Below, piece after piece: positions 1-8,900 of a DNA stretch of 58,070 nucleotides (within the stretch, counting starts at the first letter, position 1; every line of letters starts with the position of its first letter). The DNA lies in the IMG/VR virus record IMGVR_UViG_3300021414_000003, positions 1-58,070 of that record. One strand, written 5' to 3'. Below the pieces are notes generated by a model. That model was not told where the DNA came from. It saw nothing but the letters and a program-made list of their open reading frames with translations, and searched no databases. This stretch comes from a virus (Duplodnaviria > Caudoviricetes). The position numbers and the translations under genes were made by a program.

Positions 1-76
1 GCTGGTGCTGGCGCGGCCAGGGCGGGTAGCGGGGAGCAAAAGGAAACCGTGATGGGAATGAACTGACGCGCCAACG

Positions 77-102
77 AAAAAAAGCCACCTTGCGGTGGCT
101 TT
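77..102 (-). terminator. Intrinsic terminator (original host tRNA terminator)
   Basis: AAAGCCACC-TTGC-GGTGGCTTT hairpin; U-tract on minus strand just beyond the displaced tRNA 3' end. Confidence 0.8.
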
Positions 103-112
103 CTTCTTGATT

Positions 113-127
113 CTGGCGGAGACGGTG
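113..127. repeat. att core (displaced tRNA 3' end)
   Basis: CTGGCGGAGACGGTG identical to 57976..57990. Confidence 0.95.
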
Positions 128-248
128 TCCGCCAACCCGGCATCCATTAGCGTCCGAAACGATCCACTAAGTCCTTGATGTTAATGGATAAATACTCTTC
201 AATTAGTCCGGCAGAGTCCGTTAATATACGCTAGAATCCAGCGTATCA

Positions 249-270
249 ACGTGGGTAGGAACGGGGGTAG
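249..270 (+). promoter_or_regulatory. Integrase arm-type sites (pair)
   Basis: ACGTGGGTAG (249-258) and ACGGGGGTAG (261-270), 12-bp period; same motif twice at 57912-57933. Confidence 0.75.
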
Positions 271-1512
271 ATGGTGGGGCGGACGGTTGAAAAGCTGACG
301 GCATTGGCCGTCAATCGGCAGAAGGTGCCTGGGTATTATAGCGACGGCGCGGGTCTGTACCTGCAGGTTTCGAAGACTGGAACGAAAAGCTGGATCTTCA
401 GGTATTCGCGTGGCGGCAAGGAGCGCGAGATGGGCTTGGGGCCGCTGCATACGGTCAGCCTGGCCGAAGCGCGCGAGCATGCGCGAGGATGCAGGTCGAC
501 CTTGCTTGCCGGCGGCGATCCGCTCGAGATACGCAAAGCTGAGCAACTGGACGGTGCATTGGAGCGCGCGAAGACGATCACCTTCGACTATTGCGCCGCG
601 GCCTATATCGATGCGCATCGGGGCAGTTGGAAGAATCAGAAGCATGCTGCCCAGTGGGAGAGCACGATCGCTACCTACGCGAGTCCGATCATCGGCGAGC
701 TGCCAGTAGCGACCGTCGACACCGCCCTGGTCGTTAAAGTGCTTCAGCCGATCTGGCAAGAGAAGACCGAGACGGCGACCCGTGTGCGGAGTCGAATCGA
801 AAACATCCTGGACTGGGCCACGGTGAGCAAGTTCCGAACGGGCGAGAATCCCGCGCGCTGGCGCGGGCACCTTGACCACCTGCTGTCGGATCCATCGAAG
901 GCGGCGAGGGTCGAGCATCATGCCGCCCTACCGTGGCAGGAAATCGGTAATTTCATGGCCGACGTGCGGCAGCGCGATGGCGTGGCCGCGCGCGCAGTCG
1001 AGTTTGTCATACTCACGGCGGCCAGGTCGGGGGAGGTGCGCGGCGCCACTTGGTCTGAAATAGATCTGGATTCCGCTATCTGGACAGTGCCGGCCGAGCG
1101 CATGAAGGCTGGGCGTGAGCACCGCGTGCCGCTGTCGACCGCGGCGGTCTCGCTATTGAAATCGATGCCCCAGGTCGGCGACATCGTTTTCCCTGGCCAG
1201 CGGCACGGCCGGGGACTTTCCGACATGAGCCTCACCGCCGTGCTGCGCCGAATGGATCGCCGCGACATCACAGTGCACGGCTTCCGCTCGACGTTCCGCG
1301 ATTGGTGCGCGGAATCGGTCGGCAACTCGTTCCCACGGGAGGTGTGCGAGCACGCCCTCGCGCACAGCCTGCCCGACAAGGTCGAGGCGGCCTACCGGCG
1401 CGGCGACTTGATCGAGAAACGTAAGGTGCTGATGCAGGTATGGGCGGACTATTGCGGCAAGCGGCCGACCACCGCGGGCGTCTCGGCGCTTAGGCGTGAG
1501 GAAGCTGCGTGA
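271..1512 (+). CDS. int: P4-type tyrosine integrase
   Basis: N-terminal arm-binding domain (YSDGAGLYL...SWIFRY), catalytic R (TAARSGE), HGFRS, LAH, AAY. Confidence 0.97.
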   Translation: MVGRTVEKLTALAVNRQKVPGYYSDGAGLYLQVSKTGTKSWIFRYSRGGKEREMGLGPLHTVSLAEAREHARGCRSTLLAGGDPLEIRKAEQLDGALERAKTITFDYCAAAYIDAHRGSWKNQKHAAQWESTIATYASPIIGELPVATVDTALVVKVLQPIWQEKTETATRVRSRIENILDWATVSKFRTGENPARWRGHLDHLLSDPSKAARVEHHAALPWQEIGNFMADVRQRDGVAARAVEFVILTAARSGEVRGATWSEIDLDSAIWTVPAERMKAGREHRVPLSTAAVSLLKSMPQVGDIVFPGQRHGRGLSDMSLTAVLRRMDRRDITVHGFRSTFRDWCAESVGNSFPREVCEHALAHSLPDKVEAAYRRGDLIEKRKVLMQVWADYCGKRPTTAGVSALRREEAA

Positions 1513-1517
1513 TCAGT

Positions 1518-1820
1518 TCAGCCGGTTTTTGAGCCGGCCAGCACCATTACCGACCATTCCTGCACACACTCGGCGCCGCCCTCCCCTCGCTCGATTCCGC
1601 GAAACAGCATCTTGTCCAAGTGCATCGTCACCAGCTTCGCATCGGTTAGGATCGGGATAATCGGCTCCTGCCGCGAGTCGTCGTGCTTTGCCAGCTTAGC
1701 CTGAGGCCCGCCGCTGGATATGGAAAGCGTAAGCTCGCCGGCCGCGCCCGGATCCGCCTGGATATCCCGGTCGTTTTTGCGGATGCCCCCGCTGCGAAGG
1801 CGCTTGACGATACTGTACAT
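1518..1820 (-). CDS. Hypothetical protein, probably SOS-regulated and leaderless
   Basis: 100-aa ORF whose ATG lies inside a LexA box, 6 nt after a TATACT -10. Confidence 0.75.
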   Translation of the reverse strand: MYSIVKRLRSGGIRKNDRDIQADPGAAGELTLSISSGGPQAKLAKHDDSRQEPIIPILTDAKLVTMHLDKMLFRGIERGEGGAECVQEWSVMVLAGSKTG

Positions 1821-1830
1821 TTATCCAGTA
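1811..1830. promoter_or_regulatory. LexA (SOS) box
   Basis: TACTGTACATTTATCCAGTA matches CTG-N10-CAG with TA flanks. Confidence 0.85.
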
Positions 1831-2131
1831 TATCAAAAACGCAACTGTCGCGCCTCAAGACCAGGTTGCGGTGCGCTGGCATCATCGCTGGATGAAACAG
1901 CGAACCGACATAGCCACCGCTGCTGTGATTGACGCAGCAATCCATTTGAGCACCGCCGCTGGCGTCCGGCCCGCCGCGCACTTCTTGTTCACGCGCTGCG
2001 TTCCGATCTGGGTTGCGCACCGCGTGCTAGTCCGTCCGAGTCTGCGTCGGCCGCACTAGGAGCGGCAGAGGGGACGTGCTGACAGCGGCCGCACTTGATG
2101 ATAGGATCGAATCTCTACCACGGGAGGGATC

Positions 2132-2398
2132 ATGAATAACCAGCAGCGGTTCGACAAGGCGCTATCTGATGCCAGAGACAAGCTGGATTCCTCATTTCTG
2201 AACCTGTCGCGAGCCGTGCAGGCGGCAACGTGCAGTTTCGAGAATTTCCGGCTCGCGGCTCCCACTGACGATATCCGTGCAGTGCGTCAGGAAGCAAGCG
2301 AGGCGGTCGACGGCGCGATGGCCCGCGCTCCTGAAATAATCGACCAATCGAACGCTATGGCGGCTCGCGCTCTCCAACGCGCCATGGGCCGCGGCTAA
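2132..2398 (+). CDS. Hypothetical helical protein
   Basis: 88-aa ORF with GGGAGG SD. Confidence 0.6.
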   Translation: MNNQQRFDKALSDARDKLDSSFLNLSRAVQAATCSFENFRLAAPTDDIRAVRQEASEAVDGAMARAPEIIDQSNAMAARALQRAMGRG

Positions 2399-2530
2399 CC
2401 ACTTCGATTGCCCGGCCCCTGGTCCGTCCATCGCGGCATCGGCTGATATAGCCCAGTCCATCCGTTGACCGTTAACAACTTGCAGTAAACCCAACAGTTC
2501 GACAATGCCTCATCACATCGAGGAGGCATC

Positions 2531-2965
2531 ATGCTTTACACCATTTACCCCGGCAATGTAGACGCCCTGGAAGGCCACGCGCCCTTCCGGGATGGTGAGT
2601 GCGTAGCGCTCGTTCAGTCGACGACTGGCGTTGGCCACACAAGCAGATGGCGGCCGGGTCCCCGGGTGGTAGACCTCAGTTTCCTGAATCCCGGTACCGT
2701 TATTGCTAATTTCGTCTTCGACAACAAGGGTATCGGGCACTTTCCGAACCGACACGGCTACCACGCAGCGCTCTTCATCGAGTTTGGTGGGCGCGGTATG
2801 TCGAGCGGGAAAGCGATGAGCATTCACGTCATGGACCAGTGGCGAGGGCGGCGAGAGAACGTAGTGAAGCGGAGGGAAATTCCGGCGCGGGGCAAGAGCA
2901 AGGCGGAAGGCAACCCCTATTCCGACTCCGAGAACGCCGATCAGTTCTACGTGGTGATTGCGTGA
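2531..2965 (+). CDS. Peptidoglycan amidase, Tae2/BPSL0067-like (T6SS effector type)
   Basis: GECVALVQ catalytic Cys, W.PG..V, PGTVIANF, HAAL catalytic His, VMDQW, NADQFYVV; strong SD; no signal peptide. Confidence 0.8.
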   Translation: MLYTIYPGNVDALEGHAPFRDGECVALVQSTTGVGHTSRWRPGPRVVDLSFLNPGTVIANFVFDNKGIGHFPNRHGYHAALFIEFGGRGMSSGKAMSIHVMDQWRGRRENVVKRREIPARGKSKAEGNPYSDSENADQFYVVIA

Positions 2966-3297
2966 GGGCCGCCATTGCTGTGGCCATCGCGGCGTGCATC
3001 GGGGTCGCGCATGCGGAAACAATCGAGTGCCCGCAGCGCTACGCCGGTGCGCAGCTGGTGGGCGGTAGCATGTACGACGGGGCTGCGCACGAGTATGAAC
3101 TGGTGGGCACGCTCGCGGAAATGCGCGACGGCCAGAGCGTCGCCTATGAGTTCCCAGGCGCGGAGGTGAAGTGGCTCGCGTGCTGGTACGGAAAGGGTGC
3201 AGTGCAGTGGCGTCAAGTAAGCACCGCAGTGAAGAGGTGTGAGGTCAGGGAGCGCCGTTCGCGCGATCGAGTGATAGTGATGGCCGAGTGCAAGTAA
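2962..3297 (+). CDS. Putative periplasmic immunity protein (STY0301/Tai-like)
   Basis: GTG start overlapping amidase stop (GTGA); signal peptide ending AHA; mature part with CP, WLACWYG and further Cys. Confidence 0.7.
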   Translation: MRAAIAVAIAACIGVAHAETIECPQRYAGAQLVGGSMYDGAAHEYELVGTLAEMRDGQSVAYEFPGAEVKWLACWYGKGAVQWRQVSTAVKRCEVRERRSRDRVIVMAECK

Positions 3298-3330
3298 CGC
3301 TATCTCGCGGCGAGGCCCTGATGCCCGCTG

Positions 3331-3636
3331 CTAACCCGACGGACCTTTTTGGCGAGGACACCCGGCGATCACCACCTCGAGCTTCGTCGCGTAGCCCTCC
3401 CACGCAGCCGCGTCGATGAGCGCGGCCTGCGCGGCGGCCTTGTCGCCCGGGTAGGCGCCGTCGCCGAACGTGTTGACCGGGCGCGCCGGCACCGGACCAA
3501 CGCAGCCGACCGTCACCGGCACCGGCACCTTCTGCGGCTCGACCGCGCAGCCGGCCAGCACCAGCGCCACTAGGGCGCAGGTGCTGCGGAAAAGTGCAGG
3601 TGCAGCCAAAAGCTGCAGGCGGTGCAGGCCCAGCAT
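3331..3636 (-). CDS. Outer-membrane spanin (Rz1-like lipoprotein)
   Basis: LAGC lipobox, Pro-rich, TGATG coupling to i-spanin. Confidence 0.75.
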   Translation of the reverse strand: MLGLHRLQLLAAPALFRSTCALVALVLAGCAVEPQKVPVPVTVGCVGPVPARPVNTFGDGAYPGDKAAAQAALIDAAAWEGYATKLEVVIAGCPRQKGPSG

Positions 3637-3995
3637 CACCACCTCCCCCACGCTTCGCGCATCACTCCGTCGCAGTCCTGCGCTTGGCTGGCGGTGACGG
3701 CCGCGCTACGGCTTTGCGTGCGCGCGATCGCGGCGGCGGCGAACTTCTCGGCCACCTGGCGGCGCTCGTCGGCCGCGCGCCTCTCGTCGCCCAGCTTGTT
3801 GACGGCGGCGCTCTGCTCGAGCAGCTGCTTTTCCACCGCGGCGCGCTTGCCGATTTCGATGGCGAGCGCTCGTTGATGCCCGGCAGCCAGGCGCCAGCCA
3901 TTGGCGACGGCACCGGTGGCGGCCGCGCCTGCTAGCGCCAGCACCAGGGCCGCGGCGCCGGCGACCAGCTTGTACTGCGGCGGGATGAGCATCAT
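3636..3995 (-). CDS. Inner-membrane spanin (Rz-like)
   Basis: N-terminal TM plus coiled coil; ATGA overlap with endolysin stop. Confidence 0.75.
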   Translation of the reverse strand: MMLIPPQYKLVAGAAALVLALAGAAATGAVANGWRLAAGHQRALAIEIGKRAAVEKQLLEQSAAVNKLGDERRAADERRQVAEKFAAAAIARTQSRSAAVTASQAQDCDGVMREAWGRW

Positions 3996-4402
3996 GGGTA
4001 TGCCTTCCACGTGAGCTGGAAGTGCGGGCCGTCGACCAACGATTTCCAGTCGCCGCCCCATTCGATCGGCACGCCCAGCTCGGCCGCCGCCGCCTTCATG
4101 GCCTTGGCCAGCTTCGGGTACAGCGGCCAATCCCAGCGTACCTCGGTGCCGACCATTGCAGCCAAGTCGACCGCGCACGACAGGCCGCACTTGTTCGCCG
4201 TCGGCAGGTGGCGGGACCGGGCCGTCTGCGAGGCGCCGGCGGCGACCAGCTGCTGCTGGCGCGCCGCCGAGCGCACGCCTTCGGTCACGGCGAAGTCGAT
4301 GTCGGTGAGCTGGATCGCGCGCTTGACGACTTTCACCAGGTCGGGGTGCACGCCGTCCAGGCGCGAGAGTGAGCGCGCGCTCAGTTGGAAATTAGGCTTC
4401 AT
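3992..4402 (-). CDS. Endolysin, M15-family peptidase
   Basis: EGVRS, SRH...AVD, WGGDW...DGPHFQL motifs. Confidence 0.92.
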   Translation of the reverse strand: MKPNFQLSARSLSRLDGVHPDLVKVVKRAIQLTDIDFAVTEGVRSAARQQQLVAAGASQTARSRHLPTANKCGLSCAVDLAAMVGTEVRWDWPLYPKLAKAMKAAAAELGVPIEWGGDWKSLVDGPHFQLTWKAYP

Positions 4403-4766
4403 TGGGCGGTTCTTTCGGCGATTGGGTAGATGGAAACTTGGTGTCGGCCCATGCGCTCAACTTGGCCTCGGCCTTGAAGAGCGCGCGCGAGCCCATGTGC
4501 GACGTGATGCCGACGAGCGCCGGCGCCAAGTCAGACGAGAAGCCCTGCCACTGGCACAGCTTGAAGGTAATGATCCCGACGAACGCGGACGTCGCCAGCT
4601 CGCCGATAAACTCGGTGATGTTCCAGGCGCGCACATGGCCGGCCCGCAGCTTCTGGTAGAACGACACGAAGCCGCCGAGCAGGGACAGGGCCACGACCCA
4701 CGCCCAGGTGAGTAGCGTCGCCAAGTCGCTGATGAAAATCGGCTGGTGCGGTGGTTTTTCGAGCAT
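4392..4766 (-). CDS. Holin
   Basis: Two to three TM segments, GI..HMGSRAL motif, directly upstream of endolysin. Confidence 0.85.
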   Translation of the reverse strand: MLEKPPHQPIFISDLATLLTWAWVVALSLLGGFVSFYQKLRAGHVRAWNITEFIGELATSAFVGIITFKLCQWQGFSSDLAPALVGITSHMGSRALFKAEAKLSAWADTKFPSTQSPKEPPNEA

Positions 4767-4838
4767 GGGTGCCTTATGGTTGGGCGTAAAAAAACCGCTC
4801 GAGGCGGCCTGGTTTGCTGGTTTCTGGTGCTGTGCGGC

Positions 4839-5342
4839 TCACGCGCGCATCAGTTCTGACTTGGGGTAGTCGACCATGTGCAGATCGATGGGGCGGACTC
4901 GCTTCATCATCGCCGGATCGAACAACCGCGTACCGCCGGCGAGCACGATCGCAAACGTCAGATCGGAACACCACCACCGATCATCGTCGGCCCAGTCCAC
5001 CGAGTAGGTGAGCGGGATGCCGACGGCGCCGCGGTAGTCGTACTTCTTCGGCTTCGCCGGCGGCGGTGGTGCGCACTGCGCTTCGGCGAAGGCGCGCGCT
5101 GCGTCGATGTCGGGCACGATCACGTGCATGTCCCGGTAGACCACGATACCTTCCATCAGCTGGTCGACCGTACCCGCCCGGCAGCCGTGCACCATCGACG
5201 CCTCATAGGCGCGGTCGCCAATGATCGTGATCGAGTGCGAGAACTGGCGCGAGCCCGAGCAAACCCCGACAGCCAGGCTGAGCGGGTTGTACGGCCACCG
5301 GCTGGTGAGCCGGACCGTGACGATTCCTGATCGCTTCATCAA
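4839..5342 (-). CDS. Permuted papain-like (YaeF/YiiX-type) protein
   Basis: FSH...YEA...KYDY.G...WWCSDL, His-before-Cys order. Confidence 0.75.
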   Translation of the reverse strand: MMKRSGIVTVRLTSRWPYNPLSLAVGVCSGSRQFSHSITIIGDRAYEASMVHGCRAGTVDQLMEGIVVYRDMHVIVPDIDAARAFAEAQCAPPPPAKPKKYDYRGAVGIPLTYSVDWADDDRWWCSDLTFAIVLAGGTRLFDPAMMKRVRPIDLHMVDYPKSELMRA

Positions 5343-5998
5343 ACCTCCTTTAATGTAGAGCTAGTGGTGTATTGCTCCGAAAGTCCGAGCTGCTGAGCCA
5401 GCGCCCGCATATCCGCACGCATGTCGGCGACGATCGCGAAAACGGCGCCGGCGTCGGGCGCGTGCCGAGCATCCTCTTTGTTCAGCAATCGCAGCAAGCG
5501 CACCTTGCTGAGAACTGTTTCCCACAGCGCCGCTGTGGCCAGAATGTCGTCACAGGCCTGGCGTGCAGTCCAGCCGTTACGCCACTTCGCCATGGCCCAG
5601 CTGACCACATCGGGCGGCGCTGGCTGTTCGTCCGTCTCAGGGTAGCCGGAGCCGCGCCACGCCTGCGCCTGCTGTAACGCCTGACGATATTCCTCTGTCT
5701 GCATCGTCAGGCGATTGACGACCGCCAGGCGCAAGGCTTCGCCGGCGGCGTCGATTTGCCGGATGCCCACGGCGACAGCCTCATCCAGTGGGATTTCCCA
5801 GCGCGGCGCGCCACCAACCCAGCGCTGCACGCTGCTCGGTGTCGGCGCGCCCATGGTCACGGCGCCCTGCCATGGGACGTAGGTGAAGCCCTCGATATCG
5901 GTAGGCGTGGGTGCGGTCGGCCCAGCGTCGGGCGCGTCAGGCTGACCGACCGCATGGTTGACGCGGTTTTGCGAGTCCAAGCCTAGAAATTGGGTCAT
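5339..5998 (-). CDS. Putative tail fibre assembly/chaperone protein
   Basis: Start MTQFLG coupled by ATGA to J; helical C-terminus typical of fibre chaperones; synteny. Confidence 0.6.
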   Translation of the reverse strand: MTQFLGLDSQNRVNHAVGQPDAPDAGPTAPTPTDIEGFTYVPWQGAVTMGAPTPSSVQRWVGGAPRWEIPLDEAVAVGIRQIDAAGEALRLAVVNRLTMQTEEYRQALQQAQAWRGSGYPETDEQPAPPDVVSWAMAKWRNGWTARQACDDILATAALWETVLSKVRLLRLLNKEDARHAPDAGAVFAIVADMRADMRALAQQLGLSEQYTTSSTLKEV

Positions 5999-8900
5999 GT
6001 GAGATCCACGAAAATATCTTGCGAAACACCCTTGGTGGTGCCGTTGTCCGAAATGATGCAGGTAATGGTGACCGTCACCGAATCGCCAGCAACCGTATTT
6101 GCGTTCGCACGCACAGTGACGGCCGCTTGCGTTGCGCCGACCAGATTGAATTGCACCTGCGCCGGGGCATTCGTTATGGACCAGGAATACGACGGGTTGA
6201 CCGGATTTGAAATCGACGCGGTGTGCGTCCCGCAATACCCGTTCGTCACGTTGTGCGGAAGCTGGAACGTATTTCCAGGATTGGACGTAATTGAAACCGC
6301 GCGCCCGGCCAGTTGAAGCGTCGGATTGACGATCAGCAGTGGCGTGGACGATCCCGGGTCCATGATGATTTTGGATCCCGCCGAGTTGCCGATGCTCATG
6401 CGTGCGCTATGGCCGCTTCCTGCGCCCTCGATCCAGAAGCCGCTTCCCGTATCGAACGCGGTTTGACCACTGCTGATATCGCCGCCCACACTCAACTTCA
6501 GGTGCTTCGTTTCGATCGAACCCGGCGCCGTCGTGGAACCCTCGGTCATCAGGTCGAGGCGCAGACCGGTCACGGCCATGGCGTTGCTGGTTCCGCTGCC
6601 GCCTGCATTGATCTGCAGGAACACCGAACAGAACTTTGCTGCCGCAGGAATGGGTAGTCCGGCCACCTTCGCACCAAAGCCGCCATTCTTGTACGTGCGC
6701 CAAACGCCATCGCCCCCTGGGATGAAGTTTTGGACGAAGTGCGCGCCGAACTGATCGCTCCAGCTCGACGTGATAACCGCGCCTGCGCCGTCGTAGAAAT
6801 TCAGGCCGACACGCAGTGCACGATTGTTGCCCGACGAAGCCCAAGCGCTTACCGAGGCGTTGTAGGTGGCCGACGAGTCGATCGGGAAACGCTCACTGAC
6901 GGCATTGGCGTAATCAGCCGTACCTTGGACGTAGGTATTGGCAGGCGCCGCCCCGCCTGGCCCGGTGGCTGCGCTCATATTGTTGAGCGACCAGCCTGCA
7001 ATATCGGTGAAGTAGGGGTCGCGGTTGAGCGTCCCACCATCGCCCGTCGCAATGATATTGGACGCCTTTACAATCGTTCCCGTCAGGGTTCCGCCGAACG
7101 TCCCCGACATCGCCCATAGCTGCCCAGTATTCGACACGCGGAACGGCGCAGCGCCATAGGTGGCCGCACCAGCCCACTGGTTGCCGGCCGCATCTACGTG
7201 CATGCTTGTGGCACCCGAGCCGATATCTAGCGTACCGCCGATGATTGCAACGGAGCTAAATACGGCCGCGCCAGTGTTGGAGACGCGGTAAGGTGCACTG
7301 GCGAATGATCCGGCGCCAGCCCACTGGTTGCCGTTCGCGTCGACGTGCCAGCTCGTGGAGCCGCTGCCGATGTCCATGCTCCCGGACGTGATCGCGCCCA
7401 TGACACCGAGCGTGATCGCCGATAAGCTGGCGACTTTCAGCGATGACCAGTATGGGACTGACCAAGTGACGGTATCGTTGGCCGGGTTATAGATGCCGTC
7501 GACCTGGTACATGAACTCGCCCTGGGCGAGCGCCGGGACTCCTTTCGAATACATGCCCACGATGCCGCCGCTGTTCGACACTGGAACGCTCGTCCTGCCG
7601 GCCGTCGGCGCAGGGGGCGTGGTGGTGCTCGCCGTTGCCGAGGCGCAATAGGCCGTGACGTAGCTCGCTCCTTCAGCACCGGCAACGCTCGCCCCGGCGC
7701 GCGCTTTCGCGAGCGATAAGACGATCGGGATGATCACGCCACCATAAACTGCCTGCAGCGTGGCTGATGCCTGGTCGGCGCTCATCGCCGACACGGAGTA
7801 GACGCCTGCCGTTGTAATCCCGACGGTGCAGCCGGTTTGCGACGCGACCGAATAGGCGACCGCGGCGCCAGTTTTCTCGACCGTCCCTTCGTAGACCTTA
7901 AAAGTACCAAAAGCAGACGCGAACGAGCCGACTGTGCCCGCACTATTGGCCGCCAACGTCATCGACTGATTGGTAAGGAAGCCACCGATCGCCGACGCAC
8001 CATTGCTGCCGCCAGTGACCTGCAAGAGCGTCATCTCATCGGTGTAGACGGTACCCGCGATCGTGGTTTGCACGCGGAACACACGCGAGCCAGTGAAAGC
8101 GCCGGACGCCGCGGCGTACGTTGCCGCCGTGGCGCCTGCGATGTTTGTCCAAGCTGAACCCGTCCAATACTGCCATTGATTCGCGCTAGCGGCGCCACCG
8201 TAAGGAGTCGCCGTCAGCGTTATCGTAGTCGGAGCGAAAGCATCAGTTGACGTCGCGCGACTGAAAACCTGGCCGCCGGCTGTAGAAATATCGACATACA
8301 TTGCGGTACCGGCCGGACCTGTGGCACCAGCAGACCCGGCAACCGTGATCGATGCGCTCGACCAGTTAAATCCGGTCGACGAGACGGCAGCCGAGTCGAT
8401 GACGCGCACCGCGGCTTTCCACAGCGTGTAGCCCGGCGATGGCGAAACCCCGGGCGTCAGCGCCCAGCTAGCGGGAGCCGCGCCGAAAGCAAAGCTCGCC
8501 CAGGTGAGCGTGCCAGTACCCACTGGCCCCGCCGGGATTGTGGCCGCCCATTGGTAGACGGCGACCTCATACGACTGCAGGCCGCTCAAGCCATTCGCGC
8601 CGTTCTGCACGCCATCCTCAACGACCGCGCTTGTGTAGGCGACTGGCGACGTGGTGGCCGCGACAGCGGCCGACAGTGGGACCGCAGCTGCGAAGAGCCG
8701 CCACCCTGGCGTGCCTGGATTAGCCGCCGCTGGGTTTGCCCATCCATCCTGGCCAGTGTAGCCACTATTCGTCAGGGCCGCCCAGGTGAACGTGCTGACC
8801 CCGGTTGGCTTCGCGGGCGCGATCGGTGCCCATTGGAACAAGCGCGCGACTGCGGTTTTCAATCCATCAGCACCAGCTGCTCCGTCCCGGCTCTTGATGA

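Noticed and set aside
113-1512. P4-like satellite or PICI
   Set aside because: The integrase and AlpA are P4-type, but the element encodes its own full head, tail and lysis modules
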